Positions 1 to 8,789 of a stretch of 42,163 nucleotides of DNA are shown here, in pieces. Position numbers and translations under genes: made by a program. Origin of the DNA: a virus (taxonomy: Duplodnaviria; Caudoviricetes); the IMG/VR virus record IMGVR_UViG_3300010362_000042, positions 1-42,163 of that record. The stretch is one strand, 5' to 3'. The notes below the pieces were generated by a model. That model ran no database searches, was not told where the DNA came from, and saw only the letters and a list, made by a program, of their open reading frames with translations. Position 1 is the stretch's first letter; each line of letters starts with the position of its first letter.

Positions 1-119
1 ATGGGCTTGAACCCGAACGGCGAACCGCCGGCAGCCCCGATGATGAAGATGATGAGGGCCACAGTGAAGAGGATGAAGCTGAGTGTGTCACGGTCTGCCC
101 TAATGGCTGGGCGCGTCAT
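1..119 (-). CDS. Membrane protein, 5' part only (runs off window)
   Basis: ATG at 119 gives MTRPAIRADRDTLSFILFTVALIIFIIGAAGGSPFGFKP, with a hydrophobic helix; overlaps the end of the MazG gene. Confidence 0.55.
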   Translation of the reverse strand, partial: MTRPAIRADRDTLSFILFTVALIIFIIGAAGGSPFGFKP

Positions 120-444
120 TAGGCACCCCTTTCTCTGGGTACTTGACCCAGTCTCGCTTCTTTACCTCCATCCATGTCGCCTCGACTGAAGAGGCAAGAT
201 CGAGGTGTGCGGCGTTACAGAAGCCCGCGAGGTAGATCACAAGGTCACCGATAGCATCGACCATTGCTGCGTCATGGTCCTCGTCCATACGGATGCCCTG
301 GTGCTTCTTGAGGAATGCATGGCTGAGCTCACCAAGCTCCTCCTGCATACCGAGCAAGAACTCCCACGGCTTCGCACCGGGGAAGTTGTGGTTGCACCAC
401 CCGAAGTGCTCGGTCTGTAGACGGTTTAGGTCGTGTGACTCGAT
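100..444 (-). CDS. mazG: MazG-like nucleotide pyrophosphohydrolase (probable ATC start)
   Basis: EELGEL...DAIGDLVIYL motif; reading frame extends 5' of the TTG at 357 as IESHDLNRLQTEHFGWCNHNFPGAKPWEF up to ATC at 444, 5 nt after AGGAGG. Confidence 0.85.
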   Translation of the reverse strand: MESHDLNRLQTEHFGWCNHNFPGAKPWEFLLGMQEELGELSHAFLKKHQGIRMDEDHDAAMVDAIGDLVIYLAGFCNAAHLDLASSVEATWMEVKKRDWVKYPEKGVPNDAPSH

Positions 445-731
445 GGTGGCCTCCTCTCATAGACCATGCTGGTGACGTCAGCATAGCCGGACAGGTCGGT
501 GAGGTTGTCCTCAACCACGTTGGGGTTCTCCGCCTCACGTCCAAGCTTTACGCCGGCCTGGCAGAGAGCGACTTCGTGAGGTTCAATCACTTCCCCGGGC
601 GCGAGCCTGTGCTTCAGGACGCCAGTCCAGATAGCCGCGACGCGAGTGTAGACGTCAGCTGGATGGCCATACTTGTCTTGGCGATCCTCAACTGCCTCCT
701 TGCCTTTCTCGCTTGGTGTTTGCTTGGCCAA
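426..731 (-). CDS. DUF6378-like phage protein
   Basis: RQDKYGHP...IWT...VALCQAGVKLGR...DNLTDLSGYA pattern. Confidence 0.75.
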   Translation of the reverse strand: MAKQTPSEKGKEAVEDRQDKYGHPADVYTRVAAIWTGVLKHRLAPGEVIEPHEVALCQAGVKLGREAENPNVVEDNLTDLSGYADVTSMVYERRPPSSHTT

Positions 732-767
732 TTGCCCTCCTTGTACGCTTGTGTCCTATTCATTGTA

Positions 768-1064
768 TCAAACCGATGTGGCACCGTCATGGTGCTCACG
801 CGAACCTGGGTACCCTTTAATCTCACCACCCTTCTTCATTCTATCCTCATGGTTATCCTTAGCTGTTCCGATGAAGAGGTGGTCAGGGTTGACGCAGGGC
901 GGGTTGTCGCAATGGTGGCAGACTTGGAGGTCACTTCTGCTGAGGTCAAGCCCTAACCAGACGTGAGCTGCTAATCGGTGGGCTCCATAGTTACGGCCTC
1001 GGTAGTAACAAACTCCGTAGCCCTTGAGGTTAGTCCTCCCCTGCCAGATCCAACACTCACTCAC
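768..1064 (-). CDS. HNH homing endonuclease
   Basis: CWIWQG...GYG...AHRLA...VCHHCDNPPCVNPDHLFIGTAKDN. Confidence 0.92.
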   Translation of the reverse strand: MSECWIWQGRTNLKGYGVCYYRGRNYGAHRLAAHVWLGLDLSRSDLQVCHHCDNPPCVNPDHLFIGTAKDNHEDRMKKGGEIKGYPGSREHHDGATSV

Positions 1065-2511
1065 GGACTATCCCTCGTAGGAAGTTGTGTGGGGACTGCA
1101 TCATCTCCTGGTGCATATCGAACTTGTTGCGGAGAGAGTGGAGTTGGGTTACATCTACGGTTCCAACTCCGAGTAGATGACGGATGCGAACCGCTCGTGT
1201 TTGCTTGGGTCCAAATAGACGGCTGACGGCTTGCCAGTAATCAACGAAACTATCTGGGAGCGAGTAGAATAAGCCTTCGCCCGCAGTGGAGAGGTCAATA
1301 CTAAGACTCCCTGTGCTAACTTGGAAGACCAGGCATACCGGTTTTGGCCCAGCTTTGGAAGTCTTGAGGCGCCGGTACGCATAAGCTCTATCTGCAGGCC
1401 GGACGGATCCCGTAATCGCGTAAGCTGCAAAACCCAGCGTTTCAGCTGCCTTTCGGACTGCAGCCACCTCCGCCAAGAAACGGCAGTAAACCACGCATGG
1501 TTCCCGGAGCTCGTGCAGATCGACAAGTATATCCTTCGCCATCGTAAGCTTCGCGTGGTGAATGATACGCCCACGGGTCGTGAAGCCCCCCGTGATTTGC
1601 TGTAGCCGAAGTCGAAGCACGCCCGGATTAAGCCCCTCAATCGCTTCACCTCCCTCGAGGAATGCCACGCCCTCAGAGGCTAACTCATCGTACAGCTTTC
1701 GGGCATGGGTGGGCAAGTGGATTTTGACATTGACCGGGGGTAGTTCAGGCTCAGCATCAGGGAAGGCCGTCGCTCGCGAGATGATGAAGCTGTGGTTTTT
1801 GACCTTCTCTAAGAGCTGCGCCTTGTTGTGGTAGCGCACAATCCTGTATCTATTACGCCCAAAGCCGTACTCGCAATAGAGGTCCTCAAAATCTTCCTTG
1901 GCGGTGCCGAAGATAGAGTCGTCGAGGATGCGGAATTGAGAGAACAGGTCGATGTAGCCCTTGGGATTAGGTGTCCCCGTCATGAGGTAGACCCAGGGCC
2001 TCCCATCCCGGCGCTTCTTACGCATCCGCCGTACGCTACGCCAGAGGTTCTGTGCTGTGACAGTCCCAGCCCGCTTTGCTCTGTGACTTTCGTCACAAAC
2101 TACTATGTCAGGCTTCCAGTCCTCGATGCCCTTGTTCCACTCATACACCCACCTCTTGCCCTCTCGCGAGCGTTGGCGGAACTTGTCGTAGTTAATCAAG
2201 AAGAACCGCACCTTAGGGGATTGTCGGGTGCGGCCCTTCTTGAACTTGGAGTCCGCGTTGTGGATGACGTAGGACAGTGTAAAGTGCTCGTGGATTTCGT
2301 CCTCCCACACGCTCAACGCACTGAGCGGACAGGCGACGACCACACGCTCTACACGTCCTTTAAGCGCTTGGATGGCTATAGCATCAAGCACCGCTTTCGT
2401 CTTGCCGCACCTCGGTTCCATGAGAAACGCGAGGTTACCCTCTCTGACCGCTCGGAGTGTAGCTCGGGCTTGGTGCTTGAAAGGCTTAGTCCGCGGTGTG
2501 TACCGCTTCAA
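1057..2511 (-). CDS. SNF2-family (SF2) DNA helicase/translocase
   Basis: PFKHQ Q-motif, MEPRCGKT Walker A, DESH, MTGTP, LRLQQITGG. Confidence 0.9.
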   Translation of the reverse strand: MKRYTPRTKPFKHQARATLRAVREGNLAFLMEPRCGKTKAVLDAIAIQALKGRVERVVVACPLSALSVWEDEIHEHFTLSYVIHNADSKFKKGRTRQSPKVRFFLINYDKFRQRSREGKRWVYEWNKGIEDWKPDIVVCDESHRAKRAGTVTAQNLWRSVRRMRKKRRDGRPWVYLMTGTPNPKGYIDLFSQFRILDDSIFGTAKEDFEDLYCEYGFGRNRYRIVRYHNKAQLLEKVKNHSFIISRATAFPDAEPELPPVNVKIHLPTHARKLYDELASEGVAFLEGGEAIEGLNPGVLRLRLQQITGGFTTRGRIIHHAKLTMAKDILVDLHELREPCVVYCRFLAEVAAVRKAAETLGFAAYAITGSVRPADRAYAYRRLKTSKAGPKPVCLVFQVSTGSLSIDLSTAGEGLFYSLPDSFVDYWQAVSRLFGPKQTRAVRIRHLLGVGTVDVTQLHSLRNKFDMHQEMMQSPHNFLRGIVRE

Positions 2512-2722
2512 AGTGGGTCAGCCCTCCATGACCATGGATCTTCTCTGCATCCTCGATGGACTTGTAGACGATGATGTTCGGAACGTTAGCAGTCTCGAAG
2601 TAGAAGGCGACTGCCACCCACCCGTTCTCGAACTCAACCGCCTGCCCAATGGGGCCCGTACCGCTGACACCCGAGGGATCCTCGTCTCGGATCATCTCAT
2701 AGACTTCTAGTGGGTACTTCAT
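2486..2722 (-). CDS. Conserved phage hypothetical protein
   Basis: ATG at 2722 in a TGATG overlap; RDEDPSGVSGTG...VEFENG...IHGHGG pattern recalled from actinobacterial phage proteins. Confidence 0.75.
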   Translation of the reverse strand: MKYPLEVYEMIRDEDPSGVSGTGPIGQAVEFENGWVAVAFYFETANVPNIIVYKSIEDAEKIHGHGGLTHFEAVHTAD

Positions 2723-2883
2723 CAGACCTCCGCTGGATTCTCGGCCTCTTGCTCGGCGGCTTCGTCGTCCTGCCAGTTCTCGTAGGTCTCGTTGAGGGTC
2801 TGCTGCAGCTCGTTGATGTCCCACTCCCCTGAGTCCAGGGCGTTGCGTAGGACCTCGACAATGTCTTGCTTAGTTACTGTCAC
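2722..2883 (-). CDS. Small acidic hypothetical protein
   Basis: GTG after GGAGGAGGA, GTGA overlap with upstream gene. Confidence 0.65.
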   Translation of the reverse strand: MTVTKQDIVEVLRNALDSGEWDINELQQTLNETYENWQDDEAAEQEAENPAEV

Positions 2884-3143
2884 TCCTCCTCCTCTCCATC
2901 GGGGATCTCTCCTTCGTGGCCGGCGAAGACATACAGTCTTTCGTCCTGCCATTCGGCGATGTAGAAGTAATGTGCGATGTAAGTCCCCAGTGGCGGGGGT
3001 ATGCCCATCTTCTCCATCAACTGCTGGTCGATGCGGGCCGACTCATCGTCTTTGCTTACCACGATAGAGTGGATGGTCTTTGGTTCCTCAACCTCCATCT
3101 CGTCGAGGTGAGCCGGCCCGCCGAAGTAATGGCATGTAGTCAT
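2880..3143 (-). CDS. Hypothetical protein
   Basis: ATG at 3143 (MTTCHYFGGP), tightly packed in the operon. Confidence 0.65.
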   Translation of the reverse strand: MTTCHYFGGPAHLDEMEVEEPKTIHSIVVSKDDESARIDQQLMEKMGIPPPLGTYIAHYFYIAEWQDERLYVFAGHEGEIPDGEEEE

Positions 3144-3150
3144 GCGCTTC

Positions 3151-3396
3151 TCACGTAGTAGGGAGCTTGTTCTCGTCGCGGTTCCAGTCGAAGTCGACTC
3201 GGATGGCATCCGTATCATCATCGGGCCAATACGCTCTCCCGCCCGGGAAGTCTTCCTCCTCAAGCTCCTCGTCGTTAATCAGCGCGAGGATGGCTGGGAT
3301 TGCTGCCCCGACGCTTGGGTATGGGACCTTGGACAGGGCTCCTGGTGTTGGGTCTGTGACGTGCCCGGTTTCGCTAGGGCTGCCCATTTGTGACAT
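3151..3396 (-). CDS. Hypothetical protein
   Basis: Strong SD AAGGAGGTGA before ATG. Confidence 0.65.
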   Translation of the reverse strand: MSQMGSPSETGHVTDPTPGALSKVPYPSVGAAIPAILALINDEELEEEDFPGGRAYWPDDDTDAIRVDFDWNRDENKLPTT

Positions 3397-3405
3397 AGCT
3401 TCACT

Positions 3406-3693
3406 TCACCTCCTTCTGTCTAGTAGCCTGTGTTCCTCTGGCGTTACGGGTGTGAGGTGGTCAGGATTGATACATCGTTGGACAAAGCAGGTGTGATGCA
3501 GCTGCATGCCCTCAGGTATTGAACCGACATAGCGTTCGTAGATCCAACGGTGGACAGAGACGTAATTCAGGCTTCGGCCCATGTGACCATAACCCGCGCT
3601 GGTTACGCTGCGATTCCACACCCAGCAATCTCCATCCAAGTCAATCCTCCTGAGGAGCCACTTAACTACAGCAACCTCTCCTTTAACTCTCAC
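3406..3693 (-). CDS. HNH homing endonuclease
   Basis: CWVW...GYG...VHRWIYE...QLHHTCFVQRCINPDHLTPVT. Confidence 0.9.
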   Translation of the reverse strand: MRVKGEVAVVKWLLRRIDLDGDCWVWNRSVTSAGYGHMGRSLNYVSVHRWIYERYVGSIPEGMQLHHTCFVQRCINPDHLTPVTPEEHRLLDRRR

Positions 3694-4421
3694 CTTCGCC
3701 TCTTCACCCGCCCTCCTAGTGTACCACGAGTTCGTGACTTCGTTCTGGTAACACCTCGTCGGAACTTCCTCTTATGAAATGGTTGGTTTGACTGACGATA
3801 GACCATGTTGCGGTTAGTGCAACCACACATGGGACACTGCAGGAGAGCAACCTTTCGCTCTCGGTACTCATAGGACACGACGCCCCGCTTCGAGACTACC
3901 TTTACCTTCTTCTGTGCAAAGATAGTCTCATCACCGACGCGGTGGTACTTGCGTGGCTTCATGCAGTTGGGACACCATACCCACGGTTTGGGCAATCGTC
4001 CAATGAGCTCGACGGGGATGTGGTAGCTGCGCGCCCGACTGACTACAGTGGCGTTGGGTATGCCCCGCTCGTGGAGCATATTCCGAAACCACACAGCCTG
4101 GTAGAGGTTGGTGCACAGCTTCTTATATCGCCGTCTGTTGCCGTCGACCCTCCGCATCCAAAAGACAGCCCACGGATAACGGTGGGACAGTTGATTCGCT
4201 AAGAAAGGCAGGCGCGCAGCCTGCTTTATGCCTACGTCCTCAACACTCTCAGCAGCCCGCTCGGCGGCGCGTGTCTGGTAGCGTACGAGGGCTTTTGTTG
4301 CGCGGCGGTGCTCTAAGTACTCGGGCTTAAGCAAGGGCCCGTCAAAGAGTGAGCCGATCTTGCTTGGAAGTGGTACCTTGTCTCTTGCGCGTTGGACGTC
4401 GCGCAGGATAGAGTCGGACAT
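3690..4421 (-). CDS. Basic Zn-ribbon protein
   Basis: WCPNC and CPMC pairs, Arg/Lys-rich tail, SD GAGGAG. Confidence 0.75.
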   Translation of the reverse strand: MSDSILRDVQRARDKVPLPSKIGSLFDGPLLKPEYLEHRRATKALVRYQTRAAERAAESVEDVGIKQAARLPFLANQLSHRYPWAVFWMRRVDGNRRRYKKLCTNLYQAVWFRNMLHERGIPNATVVSRARSYHIPVELIGRLPKPWVWCPNCMKPRKYHRVGDETIFAQKKVKVVSKRGVVSYEYRERKVALLQCPMCGCTNRNMVYRQSNQPFHKRKFRRGVTRTKSRTRGTLGGRVKRRR

Positions 4422-4435
4422 GGTTCTCCTCAGTC

Positions 4436-4633
4436 TCAGTCGAACGCCTCTGCGAAATCGCGGATCTCCTCTCGTTGTCTCTTAGCGAAATCACGGATCT
4501 CACGCTGTTTCTGCTTCCACCCTGCTACAGCCTGCTCATACTGCGGGTGATCCATGACGCTACCCATTATGCCCAACTCAACGGCTAGCATCGTCAGCTC
4601 CATGCTCGCTTCTTGCCACAGTTCGTCGTGCAC
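4436..4633 (-). CDS. Hypothetical protein
   Basis: GTG after GGAGGTGAA; internal QREIRDFA / REEIRDFA repeat. Confidence 0.65.
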   Translation of the reverse strand: MHDELWQEASMELTMLAVELGIMGSVMDHPQYEQAVAGWKQKQREIRDFAKRQREEIRDFAEAFD

Positions 4634-4654
4634 TTCACCTCCCTCCAAGTAGTG

Positions 4655-4687
4655 GGGGGACTGCTACCGCCCAAGCAACAGTCCCCC
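4655..4687 (-). terminator. Intergenic stem-loop (terminator or processing site)
   Basis: GGGGGACTGTTGC-loop-GTAGCAGTCCCCC on the minus strand; no U tract. Confidence 0.5.
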
Positions 4688-4776
4688 GGTGTCCGACTGT
4701 GAATCGCGCACTTCTCTCCCCATCCTTTGCGTGGGGCCTCCCGTGCCACTCACTCTCTTTCGAGCAACCGGTCGTG

Positions 4777-4953
4777 CTAGTCTTCTGCGGGCTCGTCGTC
4801 GCCGTTCTCGTCGGGCAGATCGTTCTCGCCGTTGTCAGGGTGCTCGGTGGACGTCTCCTCAGTCGGACTTTCTTCGGCCTCAGCTGCACGCTCAGCAGCT
4901 GGACTGCCCTCTTCAGGCTGCCCTGTCAGCTCCTCAGGCGGGTTACTCTCCAT
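4777..4953 (-). CDS. Small, very acidic, disordered protein
   Basis: ATG after AAGGAGGTGA, directly below a near-consensus promoter; E/D/P-rich. Confidence 0.65.
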   Translation of the reverse strand: MESNPPEELTGQPEEGSPAAERAAEAEESPTEETSTEHPDNGENDLPDENGDDEPAED

Positions 4954-5000
4954 TTTCTCACCTCCTTCCACCGTTCGCTCTGCACATTTCACGTAGTTAG

Positions 5001-5029
5001 ATTGTATCACATCCCACGTCTTCTGTCAA
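5001..5029 (-). promoter_or_regulatory. SigA/sigma70-type promoter (leftward)
   Basis: TTGACA-17 nt-TACAAT with TG extended -10. Confidence 0.85.
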
Positions 5030-5088
5030 CTTCTATCGTCTGTCTTCGGCCATGCCACCAGACGTCCCACAAGCTTTGCTACCCCATG

Positions 5089-5117
5089 TTGCCTTTTAGC
5101 GTGGGAAGTTGTAAAAT
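5089..5117 (+). promoter_or_regulatory. Rightward promoter of the primase operon
   Basis: TTGCCT-17 nt-TAAAAT, ending 5 nt before ATG 5123. Confidence 0.6.
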
Positions 5118-5122
5118 CAGTC

Positions 5123-7222
5123 ATGTACCCCAACAGAAGGGAGGGAAGCACGGAGACCCTAGAATTCCTCAAAAGAGTGTGGACTGATCGTGGCGGCTGG
5201 GTCGACATACCCAGCAAGATCAACGGCCATTGGATACCGTGGTCCATCGAATGGCCCGATGCGGAACTGGCAGCTATTCGCATCACCACAGCTGTGGAGG
5301 ATGATGAGGACGTTTACTTTAGCCCTGCACAGTATTCAAGCAAGGGACGTAGGTACGAGGACGTTCTGCCCACCTACTGGCTGTGGGCGGATCTGGATCG
5401 CGTAACCCCAGGGGCATGCATAGAGGCAGGCTTTACCCCGACGCTCGCGTGGTCGTCGTCACCTGGTAGGTACCAGGCTTTGTGGGAGTTGGACCACGCC
5501 TGTAGCCCTAAGGGGATCGAGCGACTAAATAGACAGATGACGTACACGCTAGGGGCGGACAAAAGTGGGTGGGACTTGACCCAGGTCCTGCGTGTGCCAG
5601 GCACCCGAAACTTCAAGTACCCTGGCGGTCCTGTCGTAGAGGTCGTACTCGTCACCGACGAAATCTACCAGCCCAGAGCACTAATGAAAAGGCTGAAGAT
5701 GATGCGTCCCCTCGATCCACCAGCCATGAGTAGCCACGTACAGGCCTTGGTTCGTAAGGACGCACAGGTGCCGCCTGCTGCACAGGTGCTGCTGAATGCT
5801 CGCCCTGACCAGGTCGTCGAGGGTGAGAGGTCGCACCAAATCTGGAAGCTAGAGTGTCAGCTGGCAGAGGCAGGCTTCTCGGAGGATCAGATTTACGAGC
5901 TCGTTAGTGAGAGCGCGTGGAATAAGTGGAAGGAGGTAAACACAGGTGAGTCAAGACTGCGACGAGAGATCCACAAAGCTGTTGGACACGTGGCTAGTCG
6001 AAGAGTTTCGGGTGCACAAGCTGTGGTACAATCACCCCCGGAACATGGTGCTGCTGACCAACCTCACGTCGGAGGGAACGGCAGTGCTGGATCTAGGGAG
6101 GCCATTATTCTTCCGGCTGAGGTTTACGAGGAGGAAGTGGCGGGCCCGTCACCGTTCGTCGCTTACGGAGATTTCCTATCAGCTCATCTGGAAGCGCCGC
6201 GCTGGCTGATTCAGGAGCTGTGGACGGCAAAAAGTCATGGCATGATTGGTGGTGAGCCGAAGGCTATGAAGAGCATGCTGTCGCTGGCGCTGGGAATGTC
6301 GGTTGCTAGCGGTCGCCCGTTTCTCATGGATAAGAAGTTCAAGGCTGGGGTCAAGGGCGGGGTGCTGATCGTTCAGGAGGAGAATGATCCATGGCGGATG
6401 CAAGACTTAATGAGGAAGATGGCCAAGTACTACGGGCTTCTTCGGGTGGGAGATATCCGGACGGAGTCTGGTGGGGAAGGGGCGGTGGCAAAGAACATCT
6501 CGCATATCAACTTCCCGCGAGAAATTCCCCTGAAGCTCCTCAACAACTACGGGTTCGATATGCTCAACGAGGACCATCGGAACATGCTGGAGGAAGAGAT
6601 TAGGTACTCAGACCCGGTGTTGCTGGTGCTCGACCCCCTCTATCTGATGGTAGGAGGGGCCGACCTCAATAGGTCGGATCAGCTATCTCCATTCTTTAAG
6701 TGGCTCATTCACCTCAAGTTCACGTACGGCACCGCGATTGTGGTGAATCACCACTTTAGGAAGCAGACTGCGAATGGACCGCAGGTTCGCCCAGGTCAAC
6801 GGGTGCTAGGGTCCACGACGTTTCACGCCTGGGTGGCGTCGGCACTCTATAGCGAGAACACTACCACAGAGGATGATGGTAAAGGAGTGGCGAAGGTAAG
6901 GCTGGAGCGGGAGTTCAGGAACGTGGGGCCGATGAGGTCGTTGGATATTCGGATGAACATCGGCGACCCGGGCTCACTAGACTTCTCGGCTGACATCCTC
7001 AAGTACGACGCGGTGGGTGAACTGGTCAGGCTTGTGCAGCGCGAGCCGGGCATCACTGCACTGCAGGCTGCTGAGAGGTTGGAGATTGACAAGCGTACGG
7101 TGCTCAAGCGGGCGCGAGGGTCGGAGAAGCTGGTGCTCGAAGGCGGTAAGCGAGGGCGAGGACAATCGTGGAGGTTGTGGCTTGCAGACGACCAACGGGA
7201 AGCTGAAGCTGAACGGGATTGA
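5123..7222 (+). CDS. RepB-type primase fused to AAA_25/RecA-like helicase and C-terminal winged helix
   Basis: LWADLD, SSPGRYQALW, GWDLTQVLRVPGTRNFKY (primase); GEPKAMKS, LLVLDP, VNHHFRK, LGSTTF (helicase); C-terminal HTH. Alternative ACG start at 5150. Confidence 0.9.
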   Translation: MYPNRREGSTETLEFLKRVWTDRGGWVDIPSKINGHWIPWSIEWPDAELAAIRITTAVEDDEDVYFSPAQYSSKGRRYEDVLPTYWLWADLDRVTPGACIEAGFTPTLAWSSSPGRYQALWELDHACSPKGIERLNRQMTYTLGADKSGWDLTQVLRVPGTRNFKYPGGPVVEVVLVTDEIYQPRALMKRLKMMRPLDPPAMSSHVQALVRKDAQVPPAAQVLLNARPDQVVEGERSHQIWKLECQLAEAGFSEDQIYELVSESAWNKWKEVNTGESRLRREIHKAVGHVASRRVSGAQAVVQSPPEHGAADQPHVGGNGSAGSREAIILPAEVYEEEVAGPSPFVAYGDFLSAHLEAPRWLIQELWTAKSHGMIGGEPKAMKSMLSLALGMSVASGRPFLMDKKFKAGVKGGVLIVQEENDPWRMQDLMRKMAKYYGLLRVGDIRTESGGEGAVAKNISHINFPREIPLKLLNNYGFDMLNEDHRNMLEEEIRYSDPVLLVLDPLYLMVGGADLNRSDQLSPFFKWLIHLKFTYGTAIVVNHHFRKQTANGPQVRPGQRVLGSTTFHAWVASALYSENTTTEDDGKGVAKVRLEREFRNVGPMRSLDIRMNIGDPGSLDFSADILKYDAVGELVRLVQREPGITALQAAERLEIDKRTVLKRARGSEKLVLEGGKRGRGQSWRLWLADDQREAEAERD

Positions 7223-7229
7223 TGAGCAC

Positions 7230-7400
7230 GTGGCACGATACTTGCTTGCTCACTCTCCGGAGTATCGGGCGCTGGTCAAGGCGAGGGTTAGCGAAGTGAA
7301 GAAGCGTCAGCGACTGAGCGACAGGTCTATCTTGTCAGCGTTCAGAAGCTACCACGGAGACGTGGACTTGCTTGGTCGAGATATTGATGGGTGTGGATAA
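7230..7400 (+). CDS. Hypothetical protein (start uncertain)
   Basis: Fills the gap between the primase and the next gene; TAATG overlap at 7398-7402. Confidence 0.45.
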   Translation: MARYLLAHSPEYRALVKARVSEVKKRQRLSDRSILSAFRSYHGDVDLLGRDIDGCG

Positions 7401-7798
7401 TGCCCAGGACTAGGCATCATGCTCACCTGCAGTCTAAGACTGGCGACAATCTGTGGACGCTGGTGGATGACGAACTGCTGGACCTCTTTCGACATATCAA
7501 GAAGGAGTACGGGTCTTGGGATGCAATGGGTTGGGCAGGCAGGTGTTCTCAGCGGTGGTTGAGGGCTGTGATGGCGGGGGAGTACGTAGCGATGGGCTAC
7601 CCGACGCTCGACAGCTTTCTCGGGAACTTGGGGTACGATGGGCACGTGCAGTTGAGGGAGTGGTATACAGCGGAAGAGCTGGTTGAGATGGGGGTGTGGA
7701 AGGAGCAGCCCATGCCCCTACCACACAGGAAGGGGAGGTTGACGCTGGCAGTGGAGGAGATTCGCCGAAAACGAGAGGAGGAAGATGGACGAGGTTGA
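7400..7798 (+). CDS. Putative HTH DNA-binding protein
   Basis: YGSWDAMGWAGRCSQRWLRAVMAG...YPTLDSFL resembles an XRE/Cro-like HTH. Confidence 0.55.
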   Translation: MPRTRHHAHLQSKTGDNLWTLVDDELLDLFRHIKKEYGSWDAMGWAGRCSQRWLRAVMAGEYVAMGYPTLDSFLGNLGYDGHVQLREWYTAEELVEMGVWKEQPMPLPHRKGRLTLAVEEIRRKREEEDGRG

Positions 7799-8018
7799 GG
7801 AGTTCATGGAGGAAGAAGTTTCGGACCCACGCCTAATGAGGGTAGGGGCCATTGAACGGGCTGCGCATACTCTACCGGGTATCCCCGCTAGTCACGTAGC
7901 GGCTGTTCTGGGTATCTCACTTAAGGCCACAATTCACCTCGCTGGGGAATCCGAGATCCTTAGTGTGAGAAAGGTGGGTTATGGTCGTGGTCGGTCGTGG
8001 CGATTGTATCCACGCTGA
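7785..8018 (+). CDS. Stand-alone winged-helix protein paralogous to the primase-helicase C-terminus
   Basis: PGIPASHVAAVLGIS...GRGRSWRLY aligns with PGITALQAAERLEID...GRGQSWRLW; SD GGAGGA. Confidence 0.75.
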   Translation: MDEVEEFMEEEVSDPRLMRVGAIERAAHTLPGIPASHVAAVLGISLKATIHLAGESEILSVRKVGYGRGRSWRLYPR

Positions 8019-8064
8019 AAAAACTACACTACCGTTTTTAGGACATGATATCCGCATCGGCTAC

Positions 8065-8143
8065 GATGATCTTTGAGTCTCCGTACCCTATTACTATACC
8101 CTTGCTTCGCAAGGGTGTAATAGGGTAGAGAGTCACAATCATC
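8065..8143. other. Long inverted repeat, candidate replication origin or priming site
   Basis: TACCCTATTAC-tat-ACCCTTGC-ttc-GCAAGGGT-GTAATAGGGTA inside an AT-richer intergenic gap after the primase operon. Confidence 0.55.
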
Positions 8144-8163
8144 AAAGAGGATTTAGGAGGGAT

Positions 8164-8607
8164 ATGTTAGCTAACCCCAGAAGGGTCTACCTCGAATACC
8201 TCCGCGCAGTACGAGGTACTGAGAATGCCGCCACCGGTCGTATGGAAGTGATGATCGAGATTGAGCACCGAATCAGGTTGCTCCGTGAGATTGAGGGGAC
8301 TTCCCTCTATGCACTAAGCAAGATCGAGATCCTCAGCACTCTAGAGACACTACTAAATAGCCTCGGGGACCGAGAACGAGTCGAGCAGACTTATGATCAC
8401 CTGGACGAGTGGCGACGGCTTAGAATCGAAGCTTCCCAGAAGGTCGTCGAGCCCGCTTCTCCTTCCGACGGTCTGCCAGATATTCCTCCTCCGCTTGAAG
8501 GTAGTCCGACATTGCAGCTCTGGGATCGAAGCTCTCCGACATTAACTTACCCGTCTGAGAGCAAAACCGAAGAAATCGTGGTAGATCCCGACGAGGAAGA
8601 TAGATGA
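8164..8607 (+). CDS. Hypothetical protein
   Basis: SD AGGAGG; helical N-terminus, Pro-rich C-terminus overlapping an antisense gene. Confidence 0.65.
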   Translation: MLANPRRVYLEYLRAVRGTENAATGRMEVMIEIEHRIRLLREIEGTSLYALSKIEILSTLETLLNSLGDRERVEQTYDHLDEWRRLRIEASQKVVEPASPSDGLPDIPPPLEGSPTLQLWDRSSPTLTYPSESKTEEIVVDPDEEDR

Positions 8608-8725
8608 CACTGTGGTGATGTTCCAGAGCTATGTACCCGTTACCTGCCCACGCAGTTCGGCCGGTGGGTAGGTGAATGGTGGGTAGATGCCCATGCTTCT
8701 TGAGGTAGGCGTCGAAGGGTGTCAT
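8420..8725 (-). CDS. Hypothetical protein
   Basis: ATG at 8725 after GAGG; last gene of the leftward early unit. Confidence 0.55.
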   Translation of the reverse strand: MTPFDAYLKKHGHLPTIHLPTGRTAWAGNGYIALEHHHSVIYLPRRDLPRFLRFCSQTGKLMSESFDPRAAMSDYLQAEEEYLADRRKEKRARRPSGKLRF

Positions 8726-8789
8726 ATCAACCTCGTTTCGCACGAAACGAAGTGGAAGGTGAGACCTCTGCTCGGGTCATGGTGCTCCT

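Noticed and set aside
4690-4745. tRNA-His-like loop (CGA-CTGTGAA-TCG) and ACGCAAAG resembling part of a c-di-GMP riboswitch
   Set aside because: No D arm, T arm or acceptor stem; the other riboswitch elements are absent
6245-6280. Helicase Walker A GEPKAMKS lacks the second Gly
   Set aside because: GEPKxxKS/T is a usual form in AAA_25-type helicases
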